A stretch of DNA of 32,000 nt. Origin: Nitrospinaceae bacterium (GTDB lineage: Bacteria > Nitrospinota_A > UBA7883 > JAJDBK01). How positions within the stretch are numbered: position 1 is the first letter of the stretch; the number at the start of each line of letters is the position of its first letter. Made by a program: the position numbers and the translations under genes. This document shows, one piece after another, positions 7,426 to 16,574 of the stretch. Where the stretch lies: positions 1-32,000 of the forward strand of contig JAJDBK010000005.1 of the NCBI GenBank assembly GCA_029261405.1, given 5' to 3'. The notes beneath the pieces were generated by a model. The model was not told the DNA's origin and searched no databases. It saw nothing but the letters and a program-made list of their open reading frames with translations.

Positions 7426-7983
7426 ATGAATCAACAGGGAAAGCTCTTTGCTACGGGCCTGATGACGGCGTTGCTTTGTCTCTCCTCAGTTCTGTTACCT
7501 AACGACCTGTTCGCAAAAAATTACGCAAAGTCTGAATACGCTATCAAGGCGGCGTTTATATACAACTTCACGAAGTTCATCAAGTGGCCCAAATCGGTCT
7601 TCCATGGCAAATCGACACCCTTTGCGGTCTGCGTTGTCGGAGAGGATCCTTTCGGCGATTCGATAAACTCTCTTCTGAAGGTGAAATCACAAGGACGCTC
7701 ATTCGAGATCAGGCGGCGGGAGAAAACAGAGGATTTAACCGGTTGCCACATCCTGTTTATCAGCTCTTCTGAAACCAAAAGCGTGCGAAACATTCTTGAA
7801 GCGATAAGGGGGAGTGGCGCTCTGACCATCGGTGACACCCCGATGTTCGCCCGCAGTGGAGTGATGATAAATTTTTATATGAGTGAGGGGAAGATCAGGC
7901 TGGAGATCAATCTGGAGGCGATTACAAAAGAAAAGATCGACATCAGCTCCAAGATGTTGGGTCTTGCAAGGATAGTGGAGTAA
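7426..7983 (+). CDS. YfiR/DUF4154 family periplasmic protein
   Basis: 185 aa. Signal peptide; EYAIKAAFIYNFTKFIKWP, FAVCVVGEDPFG, ALTIGDTPMFARSGVMINFYMSEGKIRLEINLEA. 5-nt gap after the kinase gene. Confidence 0.85.
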   Translation: MNQQGKLFATGLMTALLCLSSVLLPNDLFAKNYAKSEYAIKAAFIYNFTKFIKWPKSVFHGKSTPFAVCVVGEDPFGDSINSLLKVKSQGRSFEIRRREKTEDLTGCHILFISSSETKSVRNILEAIRGSGALTIGDTPMFARSGVMINFYMSEGKIRLEINLEAITKEKIDISSKMLGLARIVE

Positions 7984-7989
7984 AGATCG

Positions 7990-9489
7990 TTACTTTCTCA
8001 GGCCACCATATCCGTCGGCGCGCCACACTATAAATCTTCGAACCTCTTTGCCACCCCGGAATATCGGTATCTCTTTGATAGCCTCTGTTTCGGTAAATGT
8101 GTAAAGCGTGTCAGGCGGTTCCTTAAATCTTGTGTCGGAGACAAAAATGGCTGTCTTTCCCATTAGCGATTGTTCATCGTCCCAGAAATCGAACTGATCC
8201 GCCCTTCCGTTGATACAGGAGACAGGTACGGTGTCTTTTGTTGCGAACATTATCTGGGAACACATTACCCAGTGCTGGGCCAGGGCGAACGATTCGACTC
8301 CATTCTTTTCAAGTTTTTCATATTCCGCTTTTACCACATTTCCGACTTCATCCCAACCCTTAAGTTCGTTGACGATATCGTACTTCGGCTTGATCGGGAG
8401 GATTGGATAGAAGACATGGATATAGAAAAGCAGAAAGGTAAAACCTGCGAGGAGAGTGGCGGCGACAGCTGTCTTTTGGAAGCGGGCAAAGCGCTTTGGT
8501 TCAAACCGGTAATAGCCCTCCACTAAAAGCGATACTGTGGTGACGATGGCGGTAAGGTAACCGAAGGCTGGCCAGTGCGGTTCCGACTCGTTGGTCCAGG
8601 CGCAGGCTATGTAGAAAAAAAGAAGGGTTGGCAAGGAAAAAGCTGTGAGGAGCGCGTATCTCCTCTCCCCTTCCACAGCGCGTCCTGCGCCTCTGTAGAC
8701 TCCCCATAACAACAGACCGAGGTAGATCGGTGATACATAGAGCAGTTGCCCCCCCACAAGCTGGCCGAAGTTTTTCCAGCCGAACGCAGTCCCCTGATGA
8801 CGATCCATCAGGTGAAACCTGAAACTTGGCCAGTCGTTTTCTATATTCCATATAAAGACCGGAGAGAAGATCAGAAGGGCTACGACACCCATCAGGTACG
8901 GCTCAGGACGTTTGAACCATTTCTGGTATTCGGGAACCAGCGCCACCAGCAATACGGCTGACGGTACCAGCAGGATGGCGAAATATTTGCCGAGAGCTCC
9001 GATTCCGAGGAGAACTCCCAGAATAAGCCACAACCATCCGGGACCATCGTTTACGAGCAGGCGGTTGATGACAAGAACGAAACCGAGGTAACAGATAGCC
9101 GATGGAATGTCTGGAGTCATCTGCAACGCTCCGATCCCGAAAATCGGTATCAGATTAAAGGTCAGTAACGAATAGAAGGCTATTCTGGCGTCGTCGAAAA
9201 GGTCGATAGAAAGGCGGTAGATCAGCCATCCCATGAGCATAAACAGGATGAGTGAGGGTAACCTGAGAAAAAATGTGGTATCCCCGCCGAGGTCTGTGGA
9301 TAGTTTGATAAGCCACGCAACCATCGGGGGGTGATCGTAGTACGCCAGGTCGAGACGCTGTGACCAGGCCCAGTAATAACTCTCCGAGTCACCCGGGCCG
9401 GTAAGCCCCATTACCACCATCCTGAAGAGACCAAATCCGAGGATCAGCCATGCGCAACCCGTTACATATCTATCGTCGGTTCTCATCAA
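7990..9489 (-). CDS. GT39/ArnT-like integral membrane glycosyltransferase
   Basis: 499 aa polytopic protein. GDSESYYWAWSQRLDLAYYDHPPMVAWLIKL is typical of this superfamily; RLPS motif. Overlaps the end of lpxI by 4 nt. Confidence 0.8.
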   Translation of the reverse strand: MMRTDDRYVTGCAWLILGFGLFRMVVMGLTGPGDSESYYWAWSQRLDLAYYDHPPMVAWLIKLSTDLGGDTTFFLRLPSLILFMLMGWLIYRLSIDLFDDARIAFYSLLTFNLIPIFGIGALQMTPDIPSAICYLGFVLVINRLLVNDGPGWLWLILGVLLGIGALGKYFAILLVPSAVLLVALVPEYQKWFKRPEPYLMGVVALLIFSPVFIWNIENDWPSFRFHLMDRHQGTAFGWKNFGQLVGGQLLYVSPIYLGLLLWGVYRGAGRAVEGERRYALLTAFSLPTLLFFYIACAWTNESEPHWPAFGYLTAIVTTVSLLVEGYYRFEPKRFARFQKTAVAATLLAGFTFLLFYIHVFYPILPIKPKYDIVNELKGWDEVGNVVKAEYEKLEKNGVESFALAQHWVMCSQIMFATKDTVPVSCINGRADQFDFWDDEQSLMGKTAIFVSDTRFKEPPDTLYTFTETEAIKEIPIFRGGKEVRRFIVWRADGYGGLRK

Positions 9490-10313
9490 GAGATACCCAC
9501 ACTTACAAAGGCGATATCTGAACTGTCACAGGCGGCGCTCACTTTATCCATTCCAACAACCAGAGTTGAGTGCGCCTCTATGGCCAGAAGCGAACAATTT
9601 GACTTTTTCATGACTTCAATAGTGGAAGTCCCCACAGCCGGGACATCGAACCTTGGGTCCTGATTCGGTTTACACACCTTGCAGACTATTGCGCCTTTTC
9701 CGCCGATGGCGCCACCCCTTTCAACGGTTTCATCCGTGCCTTCGATAGCCTCCACCGCCATAACCGCGCTATCTTTCACAACCACGGTCTGACCGATATC
9801 GAGACCAGCTATTCCCTTGGCCATCTTCATGCCAAATTTTATATCCTCCCACTCCTTTGCCGAAGGCTTCCGTTTGGAAAAAACACCTTCACCCGGCAGA
9901 AGGTTTTTAAGGAGTTTCGTCTGGTCGGCGATAATAAAACCTTCCTTCTCAAGCTCGCCCACAATGGCCAACATAATCGAATCGTCGTTCCTGGCATTGA
10001 GGCGTTTTAGTATGGAGATAGCTCTCAGGTCGAACTTCGGGTTTTTCAGGAGAACTCTCTTGTCCACCTTGCCGATGAATGAAACCTCCCGAACCCCCTC
10101 TTTTTTAAGGGTATCGATAATTTTTCCAGCCTGAGCCAGACCGAGCAGAAATGTCTTGTCCGCCACTTGGCTCATGATTTCGTTGGTTGCCTGATCGAAG
10201 GTCACTGCAACAACGGTTGCGCCAATGGCTTTCGCTTCCTTGGCGAGCAGGGGAGCGATTTCGCCCGCCCCGGCGATTATTCCGAGGGGCGCAATGGAGG
10301 AGCCGGGCATCAA
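9486..10313 (-). CDS. lpxI: UDP-2,3-diacylglucosamine pyrophosphatase LpxI (DUF1009)
   Basis: 275 aa. IAPLGIIAGAGEIAPLLAKEAK; GAIVCKVCKPNQDPRFDVPAVGTSTIE; located in a lipid A gene cluster. Confidence 0.9.
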   Translation of the reverse strand: MMPGSSIAPLGIIAGAGEIAPLLAKEAKAIGATVVAVTFDQATNEIMSQVADKTFLLGLAQAGKIIDTLKKEGVREVSFIGKVDKRVLLKNPKFDLRAISILKRLNARNDDSIMLAIVGELEKEGFIIADQTKLLKNLLPGEGVFSKRKPSAKEWEDIKFGMKMAKGIAGLDIGQTVVVKDSAVMAVEAIEGTDETVERGGAIGGKGAIVCKVCKPNQDPRFDVPAVGTSTIEVMKKSNCSLLAIEAHSTLVVGMDKVSAACDSSDIAFVSVGIS

Positions 10314-10320
10314 GATTTGG

Positions 10321-11301
10321 TTATGCGTGAGCCGGAACAGCCTTCGATAGCCTCAGCTTCTCGAGAACCTGCAGGGCCACCTTGAGCGATTTGAGTTCGC
10401 TCTCTACTGATGTATGACGTTTGGCGCCGTTGGAAGCGCAGTCGATTAGATGCCGCAGTTCAAGTTTTAACGGATTTTCCCTATGAACGAAGATACGCTC
10501 GATAAGCGCCTCCTGCCGATACCGTAATTCCTTGCGGGTCAGTTCGGCCTGGGAGGATACCCTGCGATGCACCAGAATGTCCTGTTGTGTGTAATCGAGA
10601 AAGACATACTCTTCCTCCTGGGTAACAGCCATGGTCCTGATCTTTTCCTGAGTTGCTCTTGACGCCAGAATATTGGCTATACACCCGTTTTTGAACTTGA
10701 GCTGAACGTTTACCACATCGTCCTTGTCTGTAAAGACCGAAGCGCCCATGACGTTCATCTCCGCGACGGGAGAATCGACGAGGTTTAAAATTATGTCGAT
10801 ATCGTGGATCATCATATCGAGGACCACACCATCACCCTGAATCCTCGAATCGTATGGACCCATTCTGCGCGACTCGATACAGATCGGGTTGTTGACTACA
10901 TTTTTCAGCTCCTGGACGGCGCCGTTGAATCTCTCCACATGTCCCACATGCAGAGCCAGATCGTTTTTCTCAGCGATAGCAAAAAGCTCTTCCGCCTTTG
11001 CCAGGTTGTTATAGATCGGTTTTTCAACAAGGCAGTTGATTCCTGCTTCCAAGCAGTCGCGAGCAACCTCGTAATGTTGCGCCGTGGGCACCGCCACCGA
11101 TACGATATCAGCTTTTCCGATAAGGTCGTTGTGGTGAGGGTAGAAGTCGGTTCTGTATTTAGCGGCGATGGCCATGCCTCGCTCACGGTCGGTATCCACT
11201 ACTCCGACGATATTGACATCTGTCATCTCAGAGTAGGCGCCTACATGGTATTGGCCCATACGTCCAACACCCACAACAGCGGCGTTTATTGTCTTATGCA
11301 T
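10321..11301 (-). CDS. Gfo/Idh/MocA family oxidoreductase
   Basis: 326 aa. Rossmann motif AAVVGVGRMGQYH; CLVEKPIYNN (EKP motif); GHVERFNGAV; VVLDMMIHDIDI. Confidence 0.9.
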   Translation of the reverse strand: MHKTINAAVVGVGRMGQYHVGAYSEMTDVNIVGVVDTDRERGMAIAAKYRTDFYPHHNDLIGKADIVSVAVPTAQHYEVARDCLEAGINCLVEKPIYNNLAKAEELFAIAEKNDLALHVGHVERFNGAVQELKNVVNNPICIESRRMGPYDSRIQGDGVVLDMMIHDIDIILNLVDSPVAEMNVMGASVFTDKDDVVNVQLKFKNGCIANILASRATQEKIRTMAVTQEEEYVFLDYTQQDILVHRRVSSQAELTRKELRYRQEALIERIFVHRENPLKLELRHLIDCASNGAKRHTSVESELKSLKVALQVLEKLRLSKAVPAHA

Positions 11302-11452
11302 ATTATTTACACGCCCCTTCCGATAAGCGCAAGGAGTTGTCTGTTTTAGAATTTAAAACGTCGCCGGTACCTGCGGCGTAACGTAACATGACTATATACC
11401 CATTCAGAAAAAAGAGAAAGAGCAAACGGAAGACACCTTCATATTCAAATAG

Positions 11453-12232
11453 TTACAGCGTCAAACCACGTTTTGAGCAGGCGATAAAATCGAGCAGGGT
11501 TTTTGCGTGGCCCGTCGCGCCGAGCTGGGTCTCAATCTCCTTTACAGCGTCAGGCAAGGTAGGTTTCGGCTCTTTTTTTGTCAATATCCGGTAGGCCTTT
11601 CGCAGGAGAAGCCGTTCGGCAGGCGCCACTCCCCTCTTTTTAAGCGCAAATGCGTTAAGCCCATGCGCCTTGGCGGGGGAACCGACCACCATAAAATATG
11701 GCGGTACATCCTGCACTAACCGTGTCATTCCGCCTACCATAGCCATTGTCCCGACCCTTACATGCTGATGAATACCGGCGGCCCCTCCTATCACAGCGAA
11801 ATCGTCCGCCGTAACATGGCCTGACAAACCGGCCAAAGTCGTTACCGTAACCTCATTACCCAGCTTGCAGTCGTGTCCCACATGGACCTGCGCCATGATA
11901 TAACACCGCTCACCTGTCGTGGTGGCGCCGCCTTCGCGCATCGACCTGTGTACAACGCTCAGTTCATTTACAACGGTTCCTGCGCCAAGTTCAACGAATG
12001 AATCGACCGGCCTCCAGTCGTATATCTGCGGATCACCCCCAATGAGGGAGTTATCACCGATTACACACCCTTCTCCCATCTTCGTATAACGAACACCGGC
12101 TCTTGCGCCAATGTAGCAGTTATCCCCGATGGTGACGCCTGGCCCAACGGTGGAGTAGGCGCCTATCGACACGTCTTCACCTATGGTGGCGCTCTGGTCG
12201 ATAATGGCTGTTTTATGGATAAGGGAAGGCAT
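11453..12232 (-). CDS. lpxA: UDP-N-acetylglucosamine acyltransferase
   Basis: 259 aa. Left-handed beta-helix hexapeptide repeats; HVGHDCKLGNEV; SGHVTADDFAVIGGAAGIHQHVRVG; QDVPPYFMVVGSPAKAHGLN. Confidence 0.92.
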   Translation of the reverse strand: MPSLIHKTAIIDQSATIGEDVSIGAYSTVGPGVTIGDNCYIGARAGVRYTKMGEGCVIGDNSLIGGDPQIYDWRPVDSFVELGAGTVVNELSVVHRSMREGGATTTGERCYIMAQVHVGHDCKLGNEVTVTTLAGLSGHVTADDFAVIGGAAGIHQHVRVGTMAMVGGMTRLVQDVPPYFMVVGSPAKAHGLNAFALKKRGVAPAERLLLRKAYRILTKKEPKPTLPDAVKEIETQLGATGHAKTLLDFIACSKRGLTL

Positions 12233-12244
12233 TGAAAAATCCGC

Positions 12245-12676
12245 TCAGGAAGCCACCATGGCTGTCAGATCGGCGGTACAATTTACCACCCCGCCCACAT
12301 CTGAAGTGGCTTTAACCTTCCACATCCTTCTCTTGGCGCTTACGACGTCAATTTTCATCGTAATAACATCTCCCGGAATGACCGGTTTTTTGAATCTGGC
12401 GTTATCTATGGCGGCAAAGTAGATAACCTTCCCCTGATCTTTCTCGCTGGAATAAGTCGCCAGAATAGCCGCAAGCTGGGCCATCGCCTCTATAATCAGG
12501 ACTCCCGGCATTATCGGCTGTTCAGGGAAATGTCCAGCGAAAAAACTCTCCGAACCGGTAATGCACTTCGTGCCGCGAATATGTTTAAACGCTTCAATCT
12601 CAATAACCCGGTCCACCAGAAGAAAAGGATGCCGGTGTGGAATATATTTGTACAGTTCATGATGCTCGATCACCAT
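12245..12676 (-). CDS. fabZ: 3-hydroxyacyl-ACP dehydratase FabZ
   Basis: 143 aa. HRHPFLLVDRVIE; FFAGHFPEQPIMPGVLIIEAMAQ. Confidence 0.95.
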   Translation of the reverse strand: MVIEHHELYKYIPHRHPFLLVDRVIEIEAFKHIRGTKCITGSESFFAGHFPEQPIMPGVLIIEAMAQLAAILATYSSEKDQGKVIYFAAIDNARFKKPVIPGDVITMKIDVVSAKRRMWKVKATSDVGGVVNCTADLTAMVAS

Positions 12677-12682
12677 CAGGTT

Positions 12683-13696
12683 TTACTCCCTCTCCTTTTC
12701 AAGTTCTTTTATTCTTTTCGACAGACTCTCGACTTTCTTGCCAAGAAGCAAGAACCGCTTGAAATCCATATGTTTCATCACCATCGGCCCGGAGTAGTAT
12801 CCCGGTTCAGTGAGGCTTTTGTGGACTCCCGTATGACCCACGATTGTCACGCCGGAGCAGAGAGTGACATTATCGACCACCCCCACCAAGCCGGCTATGG
12901 TTACATTATTCTTGAGGGTGACAGAGCCACTTAAACCACTGCACCCCGCCATGATGCAATCCTCGCCCACATCGCAGTTATGCCCGATATGGACCTGGTT
13001 GTCGAGTTTTGTTCCCCGCCTTATAATTGTCACTCCGAGGGTACCCCTGTCGATACTGGAATTGGCGCCGATCTCTACATCCTCATCAATTCGAACGGAT
13101 CCGGTGTGGGGTATCTTGAATTTAGTACCATCCTCAAGCCACGCGTAACCGAACCCGTCCGATCCGATGGTGGTGTTGGCGTGTATTATCGTCCTGGCGC
13201 CGATGGTTGTTCCGTCGTATAGCGCGACGTTTTCGTACAGAACAGACTTCTCCGCAATCACACAGTTGGCGCCGATCTTCACGCCTGCGCGGATGATGGC
13301 GCCATCGCCGATTACACTGCCTTCGTCGATGAAGACATGCGGACCCACATGGACCCCTTTGCCCACCGAAACGCTTTCATCTATTACGGCTGTCTCATGA
13401 ATTTTTTCGGTCAGTTTTCGACCGGGGATCAGGTAGCCAAGGGCTTTGGCGAAGACATAGCGGGGATTATCTGTGACGATGGAGGGACGATCCACAACCG
13501 TACCATTCGGGACGATCAGGGCGCCCGCCTTCGATTCCCCGATTCCCCCGACCGCTTTTCTGTCCGCCACAAAAGCGATCTGGTCACCTGTCGCCTCGTG
13601 AAGAGGGGCAACACCTGTCAGTTGAACGTCTCCGCCCTCAACTTTCTCTCCGATGGCGACAGCCAGAGCGGATAACGAACAGGTTCTATTTGCCAC
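12683..13696 (-). CDS. lpxD: UDP-3-O-(3-hydroxyacyl)glucosamine N-acyltransferase
   Basis: 337 aa. Hexapeptide repeats; IGSDGFGYAWLEDGTKFKIPHTGSVRIDEDVEIGANSSIDRGTLG; NQVHIGHNCDVGED. Confidence 0.95.
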   Translation of the reverse strand: MANRTCSLSALAVAIGEKVEGGDVQLTGVAPLHEATGDQIAFVADRKAVGGIGESKAGALIVPNGTVVDRPSIVTDNPRYVFAKALGYLIPGRKLTEKIHETAVIDESVSVGKGVHVGPHVFIDEGSVIGDGAIIRAGVKIGANCVIAEKSVLYENVALYDGTTIGARTIIHANTTIGSDGFGYAWLEDGTKFKIPHTGSVRIDEDVEIGANSSIDRGTLGVTIIRRGTKLDNQVHIGHNCDVGEDCIMAGCSGLSGSVTLKNNVTIAGLVGVVDNVTLCSGVTIVGHTGVHKSLTEPGYYSGPMVMKHMDFKRFLLLGKKVESLSKRIKELEKERE

Positions 13697-14264
13697 CCGT
13701 ATTCTTTTTATCCTCTTCGTTGTACAGCTTGATTACCTCTTCGGTTATATCAAGAGCCGGGTCCACATAAAAAACCACCGGACCGGTCAGGCTTGTTTTG
13801 GCGCCTTTGTCGATAATCAGGGAGAAACCGTTGTCTTTGCCATACTGCCTGGTTATTCTGGAGAGATCATTATAGATGTTGCGCATCGCCTTGCCCTGGG
13901 TGTCCTGTAGCTCTTTGGTGATGTCTTCACTGTAGAGTTTTAGCGCCCGTTTCAGACCGCGAACTTTTTTCTCTTTCGCTTCGAGGGTGTCTGGAAGCAT
14001 CATCATCCCCTTCTGGGTAACTTCCTTTTCGAGCGCCAGAATCTCTTCTTGTCTGGTCGAAAGCAGATCCCGCTCTTTCTGGGTCCGCGCCTTCATCTCC
14101 TCCAGGGTTCGTTTCACGGCGGTAGATTTGTCCAGAACACTCTGGATGTTGACACTACCTATTTTAATTTCCGCCGCCGAGGCCACGTCCCCCCCGCCAG
14201 GCGCATATGACACACCGAGGACGAAAGTCATGGTCATAACCGTAATAAAAACTATTTTCTTCAT
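13686..14264 (-). CDS. skp: OmpH/Skp family periplasmic chaperone
   Basis: The supplied ORF starts at 14396, but the natural start is the ATG at 14264 (MKKIVFITVMTMTFVLGVSYA, signal peptide), which avoids a long overlap with bamA. IGSVNIQSVLDKSTAVKRTLEEMKARTQKE; FSLIIDKGAKTSLTGPVVFYVDPALDITEEVIKLYN. Confidence 0.88.
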   Translation of the reverse strand: MKKIVFITVMTMTFVLGVSYAPGGGDVASAAEIKIGSVNIQSVLDKSTAVKRTLEEMKARTQKERDLLSTRQEEILALEKEVTQKGMMMLPDTLEAKEKKVRGLKRALKLYSEDITKELQDTQGKAMRNIYNDLSRITRQYGKDNGFSLIIDKGAKTSLTGPVVFYVDPALDITEEVIKLYNEEDKKNTGGK

Positions 14265-14269
14265 ACCTG

Positions 14270-16555
14270 TCAAAACGCTCCTCCAATAGTAAAATGAAAC
14301 TCGTTGGGCGATTCTCCGTATCGCTGGTCGAGTTTGAAACCGTATGCCATCGTAATGGGGCCCATAGGGGAAAAGAAATGGACTCCAAATCCCCAACTGT
14401 GCCTCATGTTTTCCAGATCGTAAAATTTGTCTGTGGTATTGTTCTGCATATCGTTTTCGCTGTAGACGTTACCGCGGTCATAGAAGAGGAATCCCCTGAA
14501 AAAACGGGAGAATCTGTATTGAAGTTCGAAGTTTAACTGGGCCACGGCTTCACCGCCGATAGCCTCTCCATTCTCGTCTAGCGGGCCAACGTCGCGGTAT
14601 GTAAAACCACGCAACGATCTTGGCCCCCCAAGAAAATAACGTTTCGAGATCGGAAGGGTTTTTTCTTCGTATCCACCTCCATAACCGAGTTTTCCGTGAA
14701 TCATGGCGACAAACTCTACCGGCAACGACTGATAGACAGTATATTCTCCAGTGACCTTGTAATAACGCTCTTCTCCACCGAACCCCGAGACTTCCGCCTT
14801 GCCATATATTTTCTGACCGGATGTCGGATTAAACGCATCGTTTCTGGAGTCGTATGTTATTGATGGGTAGAGGGAGCCAGATGTAGTTTCCCCCTCCTGC
14901 TCCCTAAGGAATATGCTGGCCACATCAGAATCGAAGATGGTTACATCGTTCTTTTCGTATCTGTAACCTATTCTGGCCCAGGTAAATTCGGAGAGGCCTC
15001 TGCCGGTACGAACCGAAGCGCCTGTACTTCTCGATTTGTAAGCGTCGTATTCGAAACTGTTGTTATATACCTCCCCATGACCGGAGAGTTCTCTGTCGAA
15101 GATTGCAGGTTCCGTAAAACCGATGGAAAAATCGGCGCGTCTGCTGGATGTGTCGAGAGTAACCGCCAGCTCCTGCCCCCGACCGAAAAGATTGGTCCAT
15201 TTCACCTGTCCTTGCAACAGAAGGTTTTCCACCGAGCTGTACCCGACCGAAAAAGAGAGCTGGCCTGTGTTTCGCTCCATCAGGTTGAGGTTCAGGTCGA
15301 TCAGGTCCTCTTCACGCCGCGACCTTTGCTCAACCTCGACGTTGTCAAAAAATCCGAGTTTGTTAACCCTGGTTCTGGTTCTTCTCAATTTCTCGGAGTT
15401 AAATAACTCTCCTTCCTGCAGGAGAAACTGCCTCCGGATAACCCGGTCTCTCGTCTCTTCGTTCCCCACAAAGCTGATTTTGCCGATATAGACTTTCCTG
15501 CCGTGGGAAACCTTGATCTTCATATTAACAACATTGCCATCGTCGTTGGCGCTGACCGATGGGATAACATTGGCAAAAGCGTATCCTTTACGCGAATAGA
15601 GATCGGTAATATCGAATATGTCCTGGCGAAACCGGCTACGGTTAAAAACATCCCCCTCTTCAAGATGGAGTTTTTCCCGCAATGTTTCGGCGCTGTAAAC
15701 TTCATCCCCTTCGACCTCTACTTCACCGACCCTATACCGCTCCCCCTCCTCTATGGGGAAAACCACATAGACCCGATTCTTTTCCCGGTCCACCTCCACC
15801 TCAGGTTCGCCGACCCTGATTTTTATGTAACCATTGTCGTGGTAGAACGACTCGATCCGCAGGCGGTCAGCCTTTAGCACATCTTTTTTATAAGCGCCGT
15901 CATCAGTAATAAACGAAGCTTTCCCGGCCGTATCAGTTTCGATAACTCCCCTTAAAACAGCGGGAGAAAAAGCCGCGATTCCCCGGAACCTGATCTGACT
16001 TATGGAGATTTTCTCTCCTTCGTCGATTATATATTCCACGTCTACCTGGTTACCCGGTATTTTGTGGACCACAATAGATACTTCTGAAAAGTAGAACCCC
16101 TTACTTCTGTAAAGCCCTTTTATTCTGCTCTTGTCCCAAGGTGTCCTGTCCTGCCGGAAAAACGCCCCCTTCATGGTTTTCACCTTGGCCTTGACCTTGA
16201 TCTCTTCCATCTCGTCGCTACCGGTGATGATGATGTCGCGAACAAACGGTTTTTCCCGGAATATATAGGTCAATACCAGCTTTTCGCCCATCTCTTCCAC
16301 ATCAATAACGATGTCATCGAAAAAACCGAGTTTGAAAATCCGGCGGATATCCTCCTGTACGGTGGCGGATTCAAATTTCTCGCCGACCTTGCTATGGATA
16401 TAGAAGCGGATAGTGTTCGAGTCGGCGCGTGAGAGTCCCTCCAACGCAATTTTCCCGACCGGTTTCCCGGTGTCAAAACCGAGAGCGATCACAGGGGTCA
16501 GGATCGTAAAGGCGAGGGCGAACAAGCTGATAGCTTTTGTCAACACGCTCATCAA
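14270..16555 (-). CDS. bamA: Outer membrane protein assembly factor BamA
   Basis: 761 aa. POTRA repeats and C-terminal beta-barrel: KRYFLGGPRSLRGFTYRDVGP; GFGVHFFSPMGPITMAYGFKLDQ; C-terminal F. Confidence 0.95.
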   Translation of the reverse strand: MMSVLTKAISLFALAFTILTPVIALGFDTGKPVGKIALEGLSRADSNTIRFYIHSKVGEKFESATVQEDIRRIFKLGFFDDIVIDVEEMGEKLVLTYIFREKPFVRDIIITGSDEMEEIKVKAKVKTMKGAFFRQDRTPWDKSRIKGLYRSKGFYFSEVSIVVHKIPGNQVDVEYIIDEGEKISISQIRFRGIAAFSPAVLRGVIETDTAGKASFITDDGAYKKDVLKADRLRIESFYHDNGYIKIRVGEPEVEVDREKNRVYVVFPIEEGERYRVGEVEVEGDEVYSAETLREKLHLEEGDVFNRSRFRQDIFDITDLYSRKGYAFANVIPSVSANDDGNVVNMKIKVSHGRKVYIGKISFVGNEETRDRVIRRQFLLQEGELFNSEKLRRTRTRVNKLGFFDNVEVEQRSRREEDLIDLNLNLMERNTGQLSFSVGYSSVENLLLQGQVKWTNLFGRGQELAVTLDTSSRRADFSIGFTEPAIFDRELSGHGEVYNNSFEYDAYKSRSTGASVRTGRGLSEFTWARIGYRYEKNDVTIFDSDVASIFLREQEGETTSGSLYPSITYDSRNDAFNPTSGQKIYGKAEVSGFGGEERYYKVTGEYTVYQSLPVEFVAMIHGKLGYGGGYEEKTLPISKRYFLGGPRSLRGFTYRDVGPLDENGEAIGGEAVAQLNFELQYRFSRFFRGFLFYDRGNVYSENDMQNNTTDKFYDLENMRHSWGFGVHFFSPMGPITMAYGFKLDQRYGESPNEFHFTIGGAF

Positions 16556-16574
16556 GTAGTTTTTACAACCGTCA

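Noticed and set aside
11302-11452. Possible sRNA or terminator in the Gfo/Idh-lpxA gap (CGCCG...CGGCG inverted repeat)
   Set aside because: Short stem without U tract and no promoter-like signal. The gap also lies within a probable operon.
13686-14396. The 236-aa version of Skp starting at 14396
   Set aside because: The N-terminal 44 aa overlap bamA coding sequence and precede a perfect signal peptide starting at the 14264 ATG.
15077-15877. Plus-strand ORFs of 109-124 aa antisense to bamA
   Set aside because: No motifs; they overlap conserved POTRA-coding sequence and are typical antisense ORFs in this GC range.
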